Shown piece by piece: positions 18,428-28,443 of a stretch of DNA of 59,439 nucleotides (positions are counted from its first letter, which is position 1; each line of letters starts with the position of its first letter). The notes below the pieces were generated by a model. The model did no database searches. It was not told the origin of the DNA and saw nothing but the letters and a program-made list of their open reading frames with translations. The position numbers were made by a program, and so were the translations under genes. The DNA comes from Ferruginibacter sp. (GTDB taxonomy: Bacteria > Bacteroidota > Bacteroidia > Chitinophagales > Chitinophagaceae), in the NCBI GenBank assembly GCA_037968795.1, contig JBBKWE010000220.1:1-59439 (forward strand), in the 5' to 3' direction.

Positions 18428-20404
18428 ATGGTTTTAGACTCAAAGATCCCCGAAGGCAAAATGGAAGAAAAGTGGGAAGATTATAAAGGCCACGTAAAGC
18501 TGGTAAATCCTTCTAATAAAAGAAAGCTTGAAATTATAGTGATAGGTACGGGACTTGCCGGTGCTTCTGCATCTGCTTCTCTTGCAGAAATGGGTTACCA
18601 GGTAAAATCCTTTTGTTTTCAGGATAGTCCACGCAGGGCTCATAGTATAGCAGCTCAGGGCGGAATAAACGCAGCCAAGAATTACCAAAATGATGGAGAT
18701 AGTGTTTTTCGACTATTTTATGATACAGTAAAAGGAGGCGATTATCGCTCAAGGGAAGCCAACGTCTATCGACTTGCAGAGGTAAGTGCAAACATAATAG
18801 ACCAATGTGTGGCACAAGGAGTTCCTTTTGCAAGAGAATATGGCGGGCTGCTCAGCAATCGTAGTTTTGGCGGTACACAAGTGCAAAGAACTTTTTATGC
18901 TGCCGGGCAAACGGGTCAGCAGCTACTTTTAGGAGCCTATAGTGCACTGGAAAGACAAATAAATCTTGGAAATGTAACCCAGTATAACAGGCATGAAATG
19001 CTTGATGTAGTGGTAATAGATGGTAAAGCAAGAGGTGTAATAGCACGCGATCTTACTACCGGCAAGCTTGAGCGCCACTTTGGCCACGCCGTATTATTAT
19101 GCAGCGGTGGTTACGGAAATGTTTTCTACCTAAGTACAAATGCTATGGGTAGTAACGTAACCGCAGCCTGGAAGGCACATAAAAAAGGCGCCTACTTTGC
19201 TAATCCATGTTTCACTCAAATTCACCCAACTTGTATTCCTGTAACAGGTGATCATCAAAGTAAGCTTACCCTTATGAGTGAGAGTCTGCGAAATGATGGT
19301 AGAATATGGGTGCCCAAAGCACAAGGCGACAACAGACCTGGCGTAAATATCCCTGAAGAAGAGAGAGATTATTACCTTGAGAGAAGGTATCCTGCATTTG
19401 GAAATCTCGTGCCTAGAGACGTAGCTAGTCGTGCAGCTAAAGAAAGATGCGATGCCGGTTACGGCGTAGGTACTACCAAGATGGCAGTATTTTTAGATTT
19501 TGCAGATGCTATAAAACGATATGGCAAGATAGCAGCAAATAAAACCGGTAATACGGAAGCGGGTGAGGCTGAAATAATATCTCTTGGTAAAGAAGTAGTA
19601 AGCGAGAAATATGGTAATCTTTTTGAGATGTATGAAAAGATCACTGGCGAAAATCCTTACGAGATGCCTATGAGAATTTATCCTGCCGTGCATTATACAA
19701 TGGGCGGTGTATGGGTAGATTATGAATTGCAAACGACAGTGCAAGGTATGTATGCGCTTGGCGAGGCTAACTTTAGCGATCATGGAGCCAACAGATTAGG
19801 TGCCTCTGCACTTATGCAGGGATTAGCGGATGGCTACTTTGTAATTCCCTACACCCTCGGTAATTACCTTGCAGATGAAATCCGAACCAATGCTATTCCT
19901 ACAACACATGAGGCTTTTGAAGCGGCTGAGCAGGAAGTGCAGGGAAGAATAAATAAATTTTTACAAATAAAAGGAACTAAGTCTGTAGAGAGTTTTCACA
20001 AAAGGTTGGGTCTTATAATGTGGAACAAATGCGGAATGGCTCGTAATGCACAAGGTCTGCAAGAAGCTATTGTAGAAATACGTGCTCTTAGAGAAGAGTT
20101 CTGGAGAGACGTGAGAGTGCCTGGCACAGCAGACGAGTTTAATTCTGAACTAGACAAGGCAGGTCGAGTAGCCGATTTTCTGGAACTGGGAGAACTCATG
20201 TGTTTGGATGCGCTTGACAGGAATGAGAGTTGTGGAGGACATTTTAGAGAAGAAAGCCAAACTGAAGAAGGGGAAGCAAAACGTAGAGATGAGGAATACA
20301 GCTACGTTGCAGCCTGGGAATATAAAGAAAACTGCAATTGGGAATTACATAAGGAACACTTGCAGTTTGACATTGTGAAGCAAACACAAAGGAGTTATAA
20401 ATAA
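18428..20404 (+). CDS. sdhA: Succinate dehydrogenase/fumarate reductase flavoprotein subunit
   Basis: [19 protein letters not shown] (FAD histidine), QIHPT, HYTMGG, HGANRLG and [10 protein letters not shown]. Confidence 0.97.
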   Translation: MVLDSKIPEGKMEEKWEDYKGHVKLVNPSNKRKLEIIVIGTGLAGASASASLAEMGYQVKSFCFQDSPRRAHSIAAQGGINAAKNYQNDGDSVFRLFYDTVKGGDYRSREANVYRLAEVSANIIDQCVAQGVPFAREYGGLLSNRSFGGTQVQRTFYAAGQTGQQLLLGAYSALERQINLGNVTQYNRHEMLDVVVIDGKARGVIARDLTTGKLERHFGHAVLLCSGGYGNVFYLSTNAMGSNVTAAWKAHKKGAYFANPCFTQIHPTCIPVTGDHQSKLTLMSESLRNDGRIWVPKAQGDNRPGVNIPEEERDYYLERRYPAFGNLVPRDVASRAAKERCDAGYGVGTTKMAVFLDFADAIKRYGKIAANKTGNTEAGEAEIISLGKEVVSEKYGNLFEMYEKITGENPYEMPMRIYPAVHYTMGGVWVDYELQTTVQGMYALGEANFSDHGANRLGASALMQGLADGYFVIPYTLGNYLADEIRTNAIPTTHEAFEAAEQEVQGRINKFLQIKGTKSVESFHKRLGLIMWNKCGMARNAQGLQEAIVEIRALREEFWRDVRVPGTADEFNSELDKAGRVADFLELGELMCLDALDRNESCGGHFREESQTEEGEAKRRDEEYSYVAAWEYKENCNWELHKEHLQFDIVKQTQRSYK

Positions 20405-20462
20405 GAGTGGCAATACTAACTTATAACTAGAATTTTTTGATATCATAAAGAAAGCATTTAAT

Positions 20463-21230
20463 ATGGAACACTACGATATGAACCTCACGCTCAAAGTGTG
20501 GAAGCAGAAAAACAACAAGACAAAAGGAAAATTTGAAACTTACAAAGTAAATAAGATTTCTTCTGAGATGAGTTTTTTGGAAATGTTTGATGTGCTTAAC
20601 GAGCAGCTGATAAATGAAGACAAGGAACCAATTGCATTTGATCATGACTGCCGCGAGGGAATTTGTGGTACCTGTAGCATGCACATCAATGGACAACCGC
20701 ATGGTCCGTGGCAACAAAACACCACTTGTCAGCTGCACATGAGAGCCTTCAAGGATGGCGATACTATCGTGGTAGAACCTTGGCGGAGTGCAGCTTTTCC
20801 AGTTGTAAAAGATCTTATCGTAGATAGAGGTGCTTTTGACAGAGTAATACAGGCAGGAGGTTATGTAAGTGTAAATACAGGAAATCCTGTAGATGCAAAT
20901 GCGATCCCAATAGATAAAAAAAATAGTGATGAAGCCTTTATGGCTGCAGCATGTATAGGCTGCGGAGCTTGTGTAGCTGCTTGCCCAAATGGTAGTGCTA
21001 TGTTATTTACCGGTGCTAAGATTAGTCAACTGGCTTTATTGCCGCAAGGAGATCCGGAGAGAGAAAGCAGAGTAAAAAATATGGTAGCTCAAATGGATAA
21101 AGAAGGGTTTGGAAGTTGTACCAACATATATGCCTGCGAAGCTGAATGTCCTAAAGGTATTTCTGTATCTCATATAGCCCGTATGAATCGTGAGTTTATT
21201 GGTAATGGCTTAGGTGGAAATACTGAATAA
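20463..21230 (+). CDS. sdhB: Succinate dehydrogenase/fumarate reductase iron-sulfur subunit
   Basis: [21 protein letters not shown] and [12 protein letters not shown]. Confidence 0.97.
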   Translation: MEHYDMNLTLKVWKQKNNKTKGKFETYKVNKISSEMSFLEMFDVLNEQLINEDKEPIAFDHDCREGICGTCSMHINGQPHGPWQQNTTCQLHMRAFKDGDTIVVEPWRSAAFPVVKDLIVDRGAFDRVIQAGGYVSVNTGNPVDANAIPIDKKNSDEAFMAAACIGCGACVAACPNGSAMLFTGAKISQLALLPQGDPERESRVKNMVAQMDKEGFGSCTNIYACEAECPKGISVSHIARMNREFIGNGLGGNTE

Positions 21231-21254
21231 AGCAATAATAGTAAGAACTTGAAC

Positions 21255-21280
21255 TGCCGGCTACTGCCGGCATTTTTTTT
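21255..21280 (+). terminator. Intrinsic terminator after sdhB
   Basis: TGCCGGC-TACT-GCCGGCA followed by T8. Confidence 0.85.
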
Positions 21281-21625
21281 GGGACTATGTAGGGGCAAAA
21301 AAGGACATAAATAGAAATTTCCGCCCGAGTAAATTTATTATCAAATGAAAAACCACTTATTAGACGACGGTGTGAGGTAGATCGTTGCTCTTTTTACTAA
21401 TTTTTATTAAAATATATTATTGGAAGGGAGGTTTTATCGCAGTATGGCTTTTAATAAGTGGGTTGCAGAAATAATAAAAGTAAATTACATTGCAGGGGAG
21501 GATAGTAAAGATTGTAGACCGGTAAGTCAATATTTATTAAATTAGTAGTTGGATATTTAACCTTTGTTGACTACACTGCAATAGTAGCAAGCTCGCTCAG
21601 GATTTGATGCCAAAAAGAAACAATT

Positions 21626-22132
21626 ATGAAGCTTGCTATTTTTATCGCTGGTTTTATGCTGATAGCTATATGTCAGACATTCGGACAGCATTGTCCATTT
21701 GATGGTGCAAGTGGAATTTTACTGGATGTAGATTGGAAGAGCGGCAAGTCTAATGAAGGCACTTATACCTTCACTTTAGAAGAGAAACAGGGAAAAAGCG
21801 GGAAATGCAAAACAAAACTTAAGGCGGATACAATAATATTTCTGCCTTACAAGGATGCCATGACTCAAACAGATTGGTATAAAAAGTATTATCTCAGGGA
21901 ATTTGAGGACTTGCGATCACGAGCTGATTTGTTTTGCATTCTGTCAACAGATGATATTTCTTGCTTCGTTTCCAAAAAAGCAACTACGCTCACTTATAAA
22001 AATATGCAAATAGTAGCCTATAATTCGAAGACGAAAAAACGGAAATATTTTAACCTGCCGGCAGAATACATATATTTACTTTGCAGAAATTTCTCACGAG
22101 ATAGAATTAAGACTTTAACAATTAGCTTGTGA
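21626..22132 (+). CDS. Hypothetical exported protein
   Basis: Signal peptide ending TFG-Q; five cysteines in the mature part; no recognised family. Confidence 0.7.
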   Translation: MKLAIFIAGFMLIAICQTFGQHCPFDGASGILLDVDWKSGKSNEGTYTFTLEEKQGKSGKCKTKLKADTIIFLPYKDAMTQTDWYKKYYLREFEDLRSRADLFCILSTDDISCFVSKKATTLTYKNMQIVAYNSKTKKRKYFNLPAEYIYLLCRNFSRDRIKTLTISL

Positions 22133-22148
22133 TGACTAACAAAAATAA

Positions 22149-22673
22149 TTGCTTAAAATAATATTCATGGCAGAAAGTATATATAAATATAAAAAGCTGA
22201 TTAGGTTTCTTTCCATAGGGTCTTTCTTCTTCCTGCTATATTTTGCTTACAATTTCATCAGCAAAACTCTTGTTACTATTCTTCCTGATAACTTAACTCC
22301 TGTCTTGCAAAAAGCAAGTTCGCAGTTTTACACTGCTGGTCTCATTTCCGTAGTGCTTTTGTGGATGGCTGCCAACTTTGTGAGCTTACAATTGAGTCAT
22401 ACAAGGTACTTAATCGTAGTATTCCTACTTGCTGCTTTCTGGTGTATTTTTCACGCCTATGCTCAAGAAACTATTTTTAAATACAAGCAAGCAAATGGAT
22501 TATGGGAAGGGGGCTTCTCAATGACATATTTTATTGCAGCAGGAAAAATAATACTTATAGCTGTGCTCCTTTCCATAAACAGGGCCACTTTAAGAAGACT
22601 CATTCTCAAGCAAAGCGAATCCCTGGAGAGTGCTTCATTTACAGATAATTACAAAGCAGACACACATGAGTAA
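22149..22673 (+). CDS. Hypothetical membrane protein (about 4 TM; likely ATG at 22167)
   Basis: Four hydrophobic segments; WEGGFS motif. Confidence 0.7.
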   Translation: MLKIIFMAESIYKYKKLIRFLSIGSFFFLLYFAYNFISKTLVTILPDNLTPVLQKASSQFYTAGLISVVLLWMAANFVSLQLSHTRYLIVVFLLAAFWCIFHAYAQETIFKYKQANGLWEGGFSMTYFIAAGKIILIAVLLSINRATLRRLILKQSESLESASFTDNYKADTHE

Positions 22674-23133
22674 GCTAAAGTCTCTCCTGCAAGAATATGG
22701 CGAAAGTCACCAGAACGAAACCAATAAACTGATACATTGGATTTGCGTTCCAGCAATATTTTTCTCCCTGGTCGGACTATTACATCAGGTAAAATTTCCT
22801 GTCTCTGAAGGCGGTTTTTACCTTAGTCTGGCTATTATAGTCTTGGCCTTAGCAGTTTTATATTATTTCAGACTTTCTAATTTACTAGGAATTTCTATGA
22901 TTGCATTTGGTGCCTCGTGTATTTTTGGCTGGATAGCTATTGAGAATAACAGCACTATGCAGCCATGGATAATTGCCGTTACAATATTTGTCCTCGCCTG
23001 GATTGGTCAATTTTATGGCCACAAAGTTGAAGGCAAAAAACCTTTTTTTCTCAAGGATTTGCAGTTTCTGCTTACTGGCCCCGCTTGGCTTATGAATTTT
23101 ATTTTTCTACGATTTAGTATCAAGCTTAGCTAA
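22666..23133 (+). CDS. DUF962 / Mpo1-like membrane protein
   Basis: YGESHQN, IHWICVP and WIGQFYGHKVEGKKP; start moved from 22630 to the ATG at 22666 (MSKLKS). Confidence 0.88.
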   Translation: MSKLKSLLQEYGESHQNETNKLIHWICVPAIFFSLVGLLHQVKFPVSEGGFYLSLAIIVLALAVLYYFRLSNLLGISMIAFGASCIFGWIAIENNSTMQPWIIAVTIFVLAWIGQFYGHKVEGKKPFFLKDLQFLLTGPAWLMNFIFLRFSIKLS

Positions 23134-24446
23134 GAAAAAATTCCTGCATGAATAAGTTGCAGTGCTTTAGTTTTATGTTCGCTGGGTATAAGTATAGAAA
23201 TGTTGTGCTTACTTCCGCCATAGCTTACCATACGTATGGGAACAGATGACAATGCTGTAAATAATTTATCAAGGATAGGTTTCGTTTCTGCTATTTCATT
23301 ACCCACTACGCTCACAATTGTCTGATCCCTGTCAATAAATACGGAGCCTAGTTTTTGTAATTCATTTTCTATCTGTTCCAGGTTTTCTGCATCATCTATG
23401 GTTAGAGATAAGGCCACTTCACTGGTGGTTATCATATCTATCGGAGTCTTGTATTTTTCAAAAATCTCAAATACCTTTCTTAGAAAACCATACGCTAAGA
23501 GCATTCTACTACTCTTAATTTTCACGGCAATGATATTATCTTTTGCTGCTACTGCTTTTACGCCTGTGCTTCCCGCATCTTCGGAGATTAGTGTACCCTT
23601 TGCATCTGGCTGCATGGTATTGAGTAACCGAACGGGTACATTATAAAGCTGTGCCGGCCATATGCTGGCCGGGTGTAGGATCTTTGCACCAAAGTAGGCC
23701 AGCTCTGCAGCTTCATCAAAGCTGAGTTGCTCTATCGCTTTTGTGTCTTTTATGATGCGGGGATCATTATTGTGCATTCCATCTATGTCCGTCCATATCT
23801 CACACACCTCTGCTTGTATAGCAGCAGCTACCAACGAAGCAGTGTAATCACTACCGCCTCTTTTTAGATTATCGATTTCTCCTTTTGCATTTCTTGTGAT
23901 ATAGCCTTGCGTTACAAAGAGGGTACAAGATCTATTCTCGTTCAGAATTTTTGAAAGCTTTTCCTTTATGCTTTCAACATCTGGCTCTTCTTCTTTATTT
24001 AGAGTCATAAAATCAAGAGCAGGCAATAATAGATGCTCTATATTTTTTTCTTCCAGATATAAAGAGAAAAATTTTGTACTTAGCAATTCTCCCTGGGCAA
24101 GTATGTCCCTATTCAATGCCTCACTGTAGGATATCTTCAAAATAATATGAAGAAATTCAAAATGCTCTTTTAGTACCTCATGCGCTTTTGCTCTGCATTC
24201 TTCTGTTTGAAGTAAAGACTCTAAAAATTCGACGTACTTCTCATACAGCGCATTTATATTTTCTGCAGCTTCTTCTTTCTTATTACTGGCGGCCAAATCG
24301 CTTATTGCTACCAGTGCGTTGGTTGTTCCGCTTACGGCGCTCAGCACTACAATCTTTGCTGCGCTATCTGCAGTTACAAGCGTTGCTACTTCCATCATTC
24401 TTTCTGGCTTGCCTACGCTTGTGCCGCCAAATTTCATCACTTTCAT
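23130..24446 (-). CDS. lysC: Aspartate kinase
   Basis: VMKFGGTSVG, VLSAVSGTTN, RGGSDYTA, DPR, FGAKILHP and C-terminal ACT domains. Confidence 0.95.
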   Translation of the reverse strand: MKVMKFGGTSVGKPERMMEVATLVTADSAAKIVVLSAVSGTTNALVAISDLAASNKKEEAAENINALYEKYVEFLESLLQTEECRAKAHEVLKEHFEFLHIILKISYSEALNRDILAQGELLSTKFFSLYLEEKNIEHLLLPALDFMTLNKEEEPDVESIKEKLSKILNENRSCTLFVTQGYITRNAKGEIDNLKRGGSDYTASLVAAAIQAEVCEIWTDIDGMHNNDPRIIKDTKAIEQLSFDEAAELAYFGAKILHPASIWPAQLYNVPVRLLNTMQPDAKGTLISEDAGSTGVKAVAAKDNIIAVKIKSSRMLLAYGFLRKVFEIFEKYKTPIDMITTSEVALSLTIDDAENLEQIENELQKLGSVFIDRDQTIVSVVGNEIAETKPILDKLFTALSSVPIRMVSYGGSKHNISILIPSEHKTKALQLIHAGIFS

Positions 24447-24509
24447 ATTCTGTTATTTTGAACTCTCAACCCTACAACAGGTCTCCTATCTAATTTTACT
24501 TTTTACTTT

Positions 24510-25598
24510 TTACTCTGCCAGAGGCATTTTTACATCAAACTTCTCTGCTAGCCCTTTCATTTCTTCTATCACGGGAGCCAGCAGGGGAATACCTTTCGTT
24601 TTTCTTTCTTCCTCCATTATTCTTTCCGGCTCACCAGGAATAACAACATGCGTATTTTCTCGCGTTGTTTTGGAGGCTTTCATTCGCTCTATCCACTTGT
24701 CCATATCTTTTTTAAACGCCTCTGCCGGGCGAAATGCATCTACCCGCATAGCTCCAAAAAAATGTCCAATTCCCTTGCCAGGAAGATTCTCCGGCATTGG
24801 CACATACGCAGGAAATGGTGGTACCCAAGGGCCATAGTTGGCTCCACTTAAGATTGCAGAAAATATATCTACAATACTTCCCAGCATAAAACCCTTATGA
24901 CTGCCTTGTTCTCTTGTGCCACCAAGTGGAAGTAAAGCTCCACCAGTTTTAAGTGCCGACGCATTCTTCGTAGGAACGCCAGTTTCGTCCTGTATCCATC
25001 CTAGTGGCGCATCTTGTTCTTTTCTTTGTAAAATTTCCAGCTTGCCATTAGCAGCAGTTGTAGTAGCAAAATCTGCCACAAAAGCAGGGTAGGAGCCAGC
25101 AGGAATAGCTACTGCAATAGGGTTTGTTCCTAATAGCCGTTCTCTAGAAAATGTAGGTGCTACAAGTGGAGAAGCATTGGTCATAGCAATGCCTATCATG
25201 TCTTCCGGCAATGCCATCATAGCATGGCACCCAGCTATACCAAAGTGATTGCTATTTTGCACACTTACCCATCCTGTACCGCATTGTTTTGCTTTGTCTA
25301 TAGCCAGTTGCATAGCATAAGGAGCAGATACAAGACCTAGCCCTTCATCAGCATCTACCACAGCGGTACTAGGTGTTTCATAAATGACGGAGCAGATTGC
25401 TTTGGCATTGATTCTTTCCTTCTCCCAAAGTCTCACATACCCTATGAGGCGAGCAATACCATGCGAGTCTACCCCACGAAGATCTGCGCTCAAAAGCACC
25501 TCTGTGGCGGTTTTAGCATCAACAACTTTACAGCCCATCTTTGTAAAAACAGCTTCTGTGAATGTGTAAAGGTTATAGTAACTAAATCTTTCCTGCAT
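24510..25598 (-). CDS. Ldh_2 family (malate/L-lactate dehydrogenase-like) oxidoreductase
   Basis: DLRGVDSHG, NSNHFG, GTNPIA, GSHKG and IPGEPE; start moved to the ATG at 25598 because the longer ORF overlaps tRNA-Pro and its terminator. Confidence 0.9.
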   Translation of the reverse strand: MQERFSYYNLYTFTEAVFTKMGCKVVDAKTATEVLLSADLRGVDSHGIARLIGYVRLWEKERINAKAICSVIYETPSTAVVDADEGLGLVSAPYAMQLAIDKAKQCGTGWVSVQNSNHFGIAGCHAMMALPEDMIGIAMTNASPLVAPTFSRERLLGTNPIAVAIPAGSYPAFVADFATTTAANGKLEILQRKEQDAPLGWIQDETGVPTKNASALKTGGALLPLGGTREQGSHKGFMLGSIVDIFSAILSGANYGPWVPPFPAYVPMPENLPGKGIGHFFGAMRVDAFRPAEAFKKDMDKWIERMKASKTTRENTHVVIPGEPERIMEEERKTKGIPLLAPVIEEMKGLAEKFDVKMPLAE

Positions 25599-25658
25599 AA
25601 AATCGAAGATAAGAAAGGAAGTGGCTATTAGATAAAAAATGTCATTTTTAAATAAGCA

Positions 25659-25689
25659 TAAAAAAAGCCCTGCAAAAAATTGCAGAGCT
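25659..25689 (-). terminator. Terminator after the tRNA pair
   Basis: Minus-strand AGCUCUGCAA...UUGCAGGGCU followed by a U-run. Confidence 0.7.
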
Positions 25690-25703
25690 CTAATTTGTTT
25701 TAG

Positions 25704-25778
25704 TCGGGATGGCAAGATTCGAACTTGCGACCTCCTCGTCCCAAACGAGGCGCGATAACCGGGCTACGCTACATCCCG
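25704..25778 (-). tRNA. tRNA-Pro (TGG)
   Basis: CGGGATG...CATCCCGA acceptor stem; anticodon arm CCTCG-TTTGGGA-CGAGG; T-loop GTTCGAAT. Confidence 0.96.
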
Positions 25779-25821
25779 AACTTAGTTTTAAAACCACTTA
25801 TACCGGTTATTTTATAAGCAG

Positions 25822-25858
25822 TGGTGGAGAGAGTGGGAGTCGTTCCGCCTAGGCGGAA
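25822..25858 (-). repeat. Direct repeat of the tRNA-Ser 3' end abutting a perfect 16-bp palindrome
   Basis: 25826-25842 GGAGAGAGTGGGAGTCG is identical to 25892-25908; 25843-25858 TTCCGCCTAGGCGGAA is self-complementary. Confidence 0.85.
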
Positions 25859-25890
25859 AAATTTAACCTACTTCTTTCCAAAAAGAACTG

Positions 25891-25979
25891 CGGAGAGAGT
25901 GGGAGTCGAACCCACGGTACAGTTTAACCCGTACGACGATTTAGCAAACCGTTCCTTTCGGCCACTCAGGCATCTCTCC
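25891..25979 (-). tRNA. tRNA-Ser (GCT)
   Basis: GGAGAGA...TCTCTCCG acceptor stem; anticodon arm ACGGT-TTGCTAA-ATCGT; long variable arm; T-loop GGTTCGACTCC. Confidence 0.96.
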
Positions 25980-26005
25980 AATATCCCTGCCTTTTTACAG
26001 GGTGG

Positions 26006-26013
26006 CAAAAATA
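26006..26013 (-). promoter_or_regulatory. -7 promoter element for the tRNA-Ser/tRNA-Pro transcript
   Basis: TATTTTTG(CC) on the minus strand, 26 nt upstream of tRNA-Ser. Confidence 0.6.
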
Positions 26014-26133
26014 CAGTTGTATTATTTAACAGCCAAAAGAATATTCAATTTCTTGCAAGTTTTTTGCAAAAAAAATCCTGCTATGAAGCAGGATCAATTT
26101 CTCTTCCCATTTGGGAATATATTTTCTTCAAAA

Positions 26134-27567
26134 CTACATAGCAGCAAGCTGTACTTTCTGCTGTAATTCAATTACACTTTCTTTAAATAAATTATCGGTG
26201 TCCATAAGGTCTTTTACCGTTTGGCAACTGTGTATCACTGTAGTATGATCTCTTCCACCAAAATGCTCGCCTATTGTTTTAAGACTGTTTTTAGTAAAGG
26301 ACTTAGATAAGAACATACTTATCTGGCGAGCTTGTACAATTTCTCTCTTTCTTGTTTTTTGCAAAAGCTTATCATATTCTACATCAAAATACTCACATAC
26401 CATTTTCTGAATGGTATCTATCGTAATCTCTTTGCTGCTGCTCTTTACAAAATTGCGTAGTACACGCTTTGTAAGTTCGAGGTCTATCTCTCTTTTGTTG
26501 AGGGAAGACTGCGCCAGCAAGGAAATAAGCGCTCCTTCCAGCTCCCGTACATTGCTATTTATATTATAAGCTATGTACTTTACAACCTCATGCGGCATAT
26601 CTAGTCCATCCTTCTTCATCTTATGCTCCAGGATTTCTATCTTGGTTTCATAATCTGGAAGCTGCAAGTCTGCACTAAGCCCCCATCTAAATCTGCTGAG
26701 CAAACGCTCCTGTACCCCTTCAAGATCCTTGGGAGATTTATCGCTTGTAAGAATGAGTTGTTTGCCGCTCTGGTGTAAATGATTAAAAATAGAGAAGAAG
26801 GCATCTTGAGATTTTTCTGCTCTATTAAAGAATTGTATATCATCTATAATAAGCACATCTACTAATTGGTAAAAATGTATAAAGTCATTGATGGCGCCAT
26901 TGCGACCATGGTCTATAAACTGATTTATAAATTTCTCAGAACTTACATATAGCACAACCTTATTCTGGTGCAATCTTTTTACTTCATTTCCTATAGCCTG
27001 GGCCAGGTGTGTTTTACCAAGACCCACTCCTCCGTAAATAACCAATGGATTAAAGGAAGTCCCCCCGGGTTTCTCTGCTACTGTTTTACCGGCACGACGA
27101 GCTACTCTATTACAATCTCCTTCTATGTAAGAATCAAATACATACGCGGCATTAAGCTGCGGATCTATCTGCATCTTTTTAAGACCCGGTATTACAAACG
27201 GGTTCTTTACAGGGTTATTTATTATGAGTGGAAAATCCATTTCGTTGTTACTGTAAGACTTGTACCCCTGGCCTGGCAGGTCCGTAGTTTGCGCGCTATT
27301 TCTGCTATTGCCACTATCTACCATTATCCGATACTCTAGTCTGGCATCTTTACCTAATTCTCTTTTCAGCGTCTTCGCCAGAAGAGAAACATAATGCTCC
27401 TCTAGGTATTCAAAGAAAAACTGACTTGGAACCTGTATTGTGAGCACTTGCTCTTTTAAAGCTACGGGTTTTATAGGTTCGAACCAAGTCTTATAATGTT
27501 GCCACTCTACAATGTCTTTGATAATCTCTAAACATGAAGCCCATACTTTATCAAATGCTTTATCCAT
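26134..27567 (-). CDS. dnaA: Chromosomal replication initiator DnaA
   Basis: YKTWF, FNPLVIYGGVGLGKTHL, LIIDDIQF, RLLSRF, NVRELEGAL and GGRDHTTVIH. Confidence 0.98.
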   Translation of the reverse strand: MDKAFDKVWASCLEIIKDIVEWQHYKTWFEPIKPVALKEQVLTIQVPSQFFFEYLEEHYVSLLAKTLKRELGKDARLEYRIMVDSGNSRNSAQTTDLPGQGYKSYSNNEMDFPLIINNPVKNPFVIPGLKKMQIDPQLNAAYVFDSYIEGDCNRVARRAGKTVAEKPGGTSFNPLVIYGGVGLGKTHLAQAIGNEVKRLHQNKVVLYVSSEKFINQFIDHGRNGAINDFIHFYQLVDVLIIDDIQFFNRAEKSQDAFFSIFNHLHQSGKQLILTSDKSPKDLEGVQERLLSRFRWGLSADLQLPDYETKIEILEHKMKKDGLDMPHEVVKYIAYNINSNVRELEGALISLLAQSSLNKREIDLELTKRVLRNFVKSSSKEITIDTIQKMVCEYFDVEYDKLLQKTRKREIVQARQISMFLSKSFTKNSLKTIGEHFGGRDHTTVIHSCQTVKDLMDTDNLFKESVIELQQKVQLAAM

Positions 27568-27980
27568 TGCTTGTTTAGTGGTTTATAATGAGTTAAGTCT
27601 TAAAATTTAGTACCGGAAAAAATCGATGTCACAAAACAAAAAATGAATGTTTCTAAAACTTTTACGGGAGAGCGAATATCAAAATAAAATGTTGAAAAAA
27701 AAAACTTTTTATTCCTCATATTTTTAATTTATAGCGGCGCTCCTATGATAATAAAATGCAGTTTTTCTATTTAGAGCTCTGCTAACCTACTGCCATCATG
27801 CTTTTGTGATTCAATATCTCATTTTTCTATGATTTCAAAAATTATTTCTCCACGGGAAAAAAATACGAATGCAAGTTTTGTACTCTTTTTGTTCGTTTGA
27901 CCTGGCAATTAATATACAACAGATAATGGGATTAATGTGACTTTATTCTCTTATTTTTGATAATAAAATTTATATAAAAT

Positions 27981-28370
27981 ATGAGTTACGAACTTACAGG
28001 AAAGCTAATTGAGAAATTTGATACCGTACAGAAAACAGATACTTTTAAAATAAGAGAGTTCGCTGTAGAAAAGTCTGAAGATGCTAACGGAAGAACATTT
28101 GTAAACTATGTAAAGTTTCAATGTACGCAGGACAAAACAAGTATGCTTGATTCTGTAAACGTGGGCGATGATATAAAAGTATACTTCAATATTCGTGGTA
28201 ATAAATATGAGCGTGATGGTAAAACCTCATACTTCTCTAACCTGGATGCTTGGCGTATAGAACAAATACTAGGCAACAAAACAAGTAGCAATAGTGATAA
28301 TGAATATATGGAGCCATTAGATACGTTTTCATCTACACCGCCAGATGCCGTAGATGATCTTCCATTCTAA
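27981..28370 (+). CDS. DUF3127 protein (OB-fold-like, SSB-like acidic tail)
   Basis: YELTGKL, FKIREF, FNIRG, YFSNLDAWRI and C-terminal DDLPF; TATTTTTG at 27952-27959 upstream. Confidence 0.88.
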   Translation: MSYELTGKLIEKFDTVQKTDTFKIREFAVEKSEDANGRTFVNYVKFQCTQDKTSMLDSVNVGDDIKVYFNIRGNKYERDGKTSYFSNLDAWRIEQILGNKTSSNSDNEYMEPLDTFSSTPPDAVDDLPF

Positions 28371-28396
28371 AAATCAGATTTCTTATTAAATTATAG

Positions 28397-28422
28397 AAGG
28401 TAGCTTTGCGCTACCTTTTTTT
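28397..28422 (+). terminator. Intrinsic terminator after DUF3127
   Basis: AAGGTAGC/GCTACCTT followed by a T-run. Confidence 0.75.
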
Positions 28423-28443
28423 ATAACTGTATACGAGAATAAA

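Noticed and set aside
23130-23133. Overlapping stop codons of DUF962 and lysC
   Set aside because: A 4-bp convergent overlap is common and needs no special explanation.
25821-26141. 106-aa ORF with an internal ERVGV repeat
   Set aside because: It is the antisense reading of tRNA-Ser and its duplicated 3' end, not a protein.
27568-27980. oriC next to dnaA
   Set aside because: AT-rich, but I found no TTATCCACA-type box cluster; a GC-skew analysis of the whole genome would be needed.
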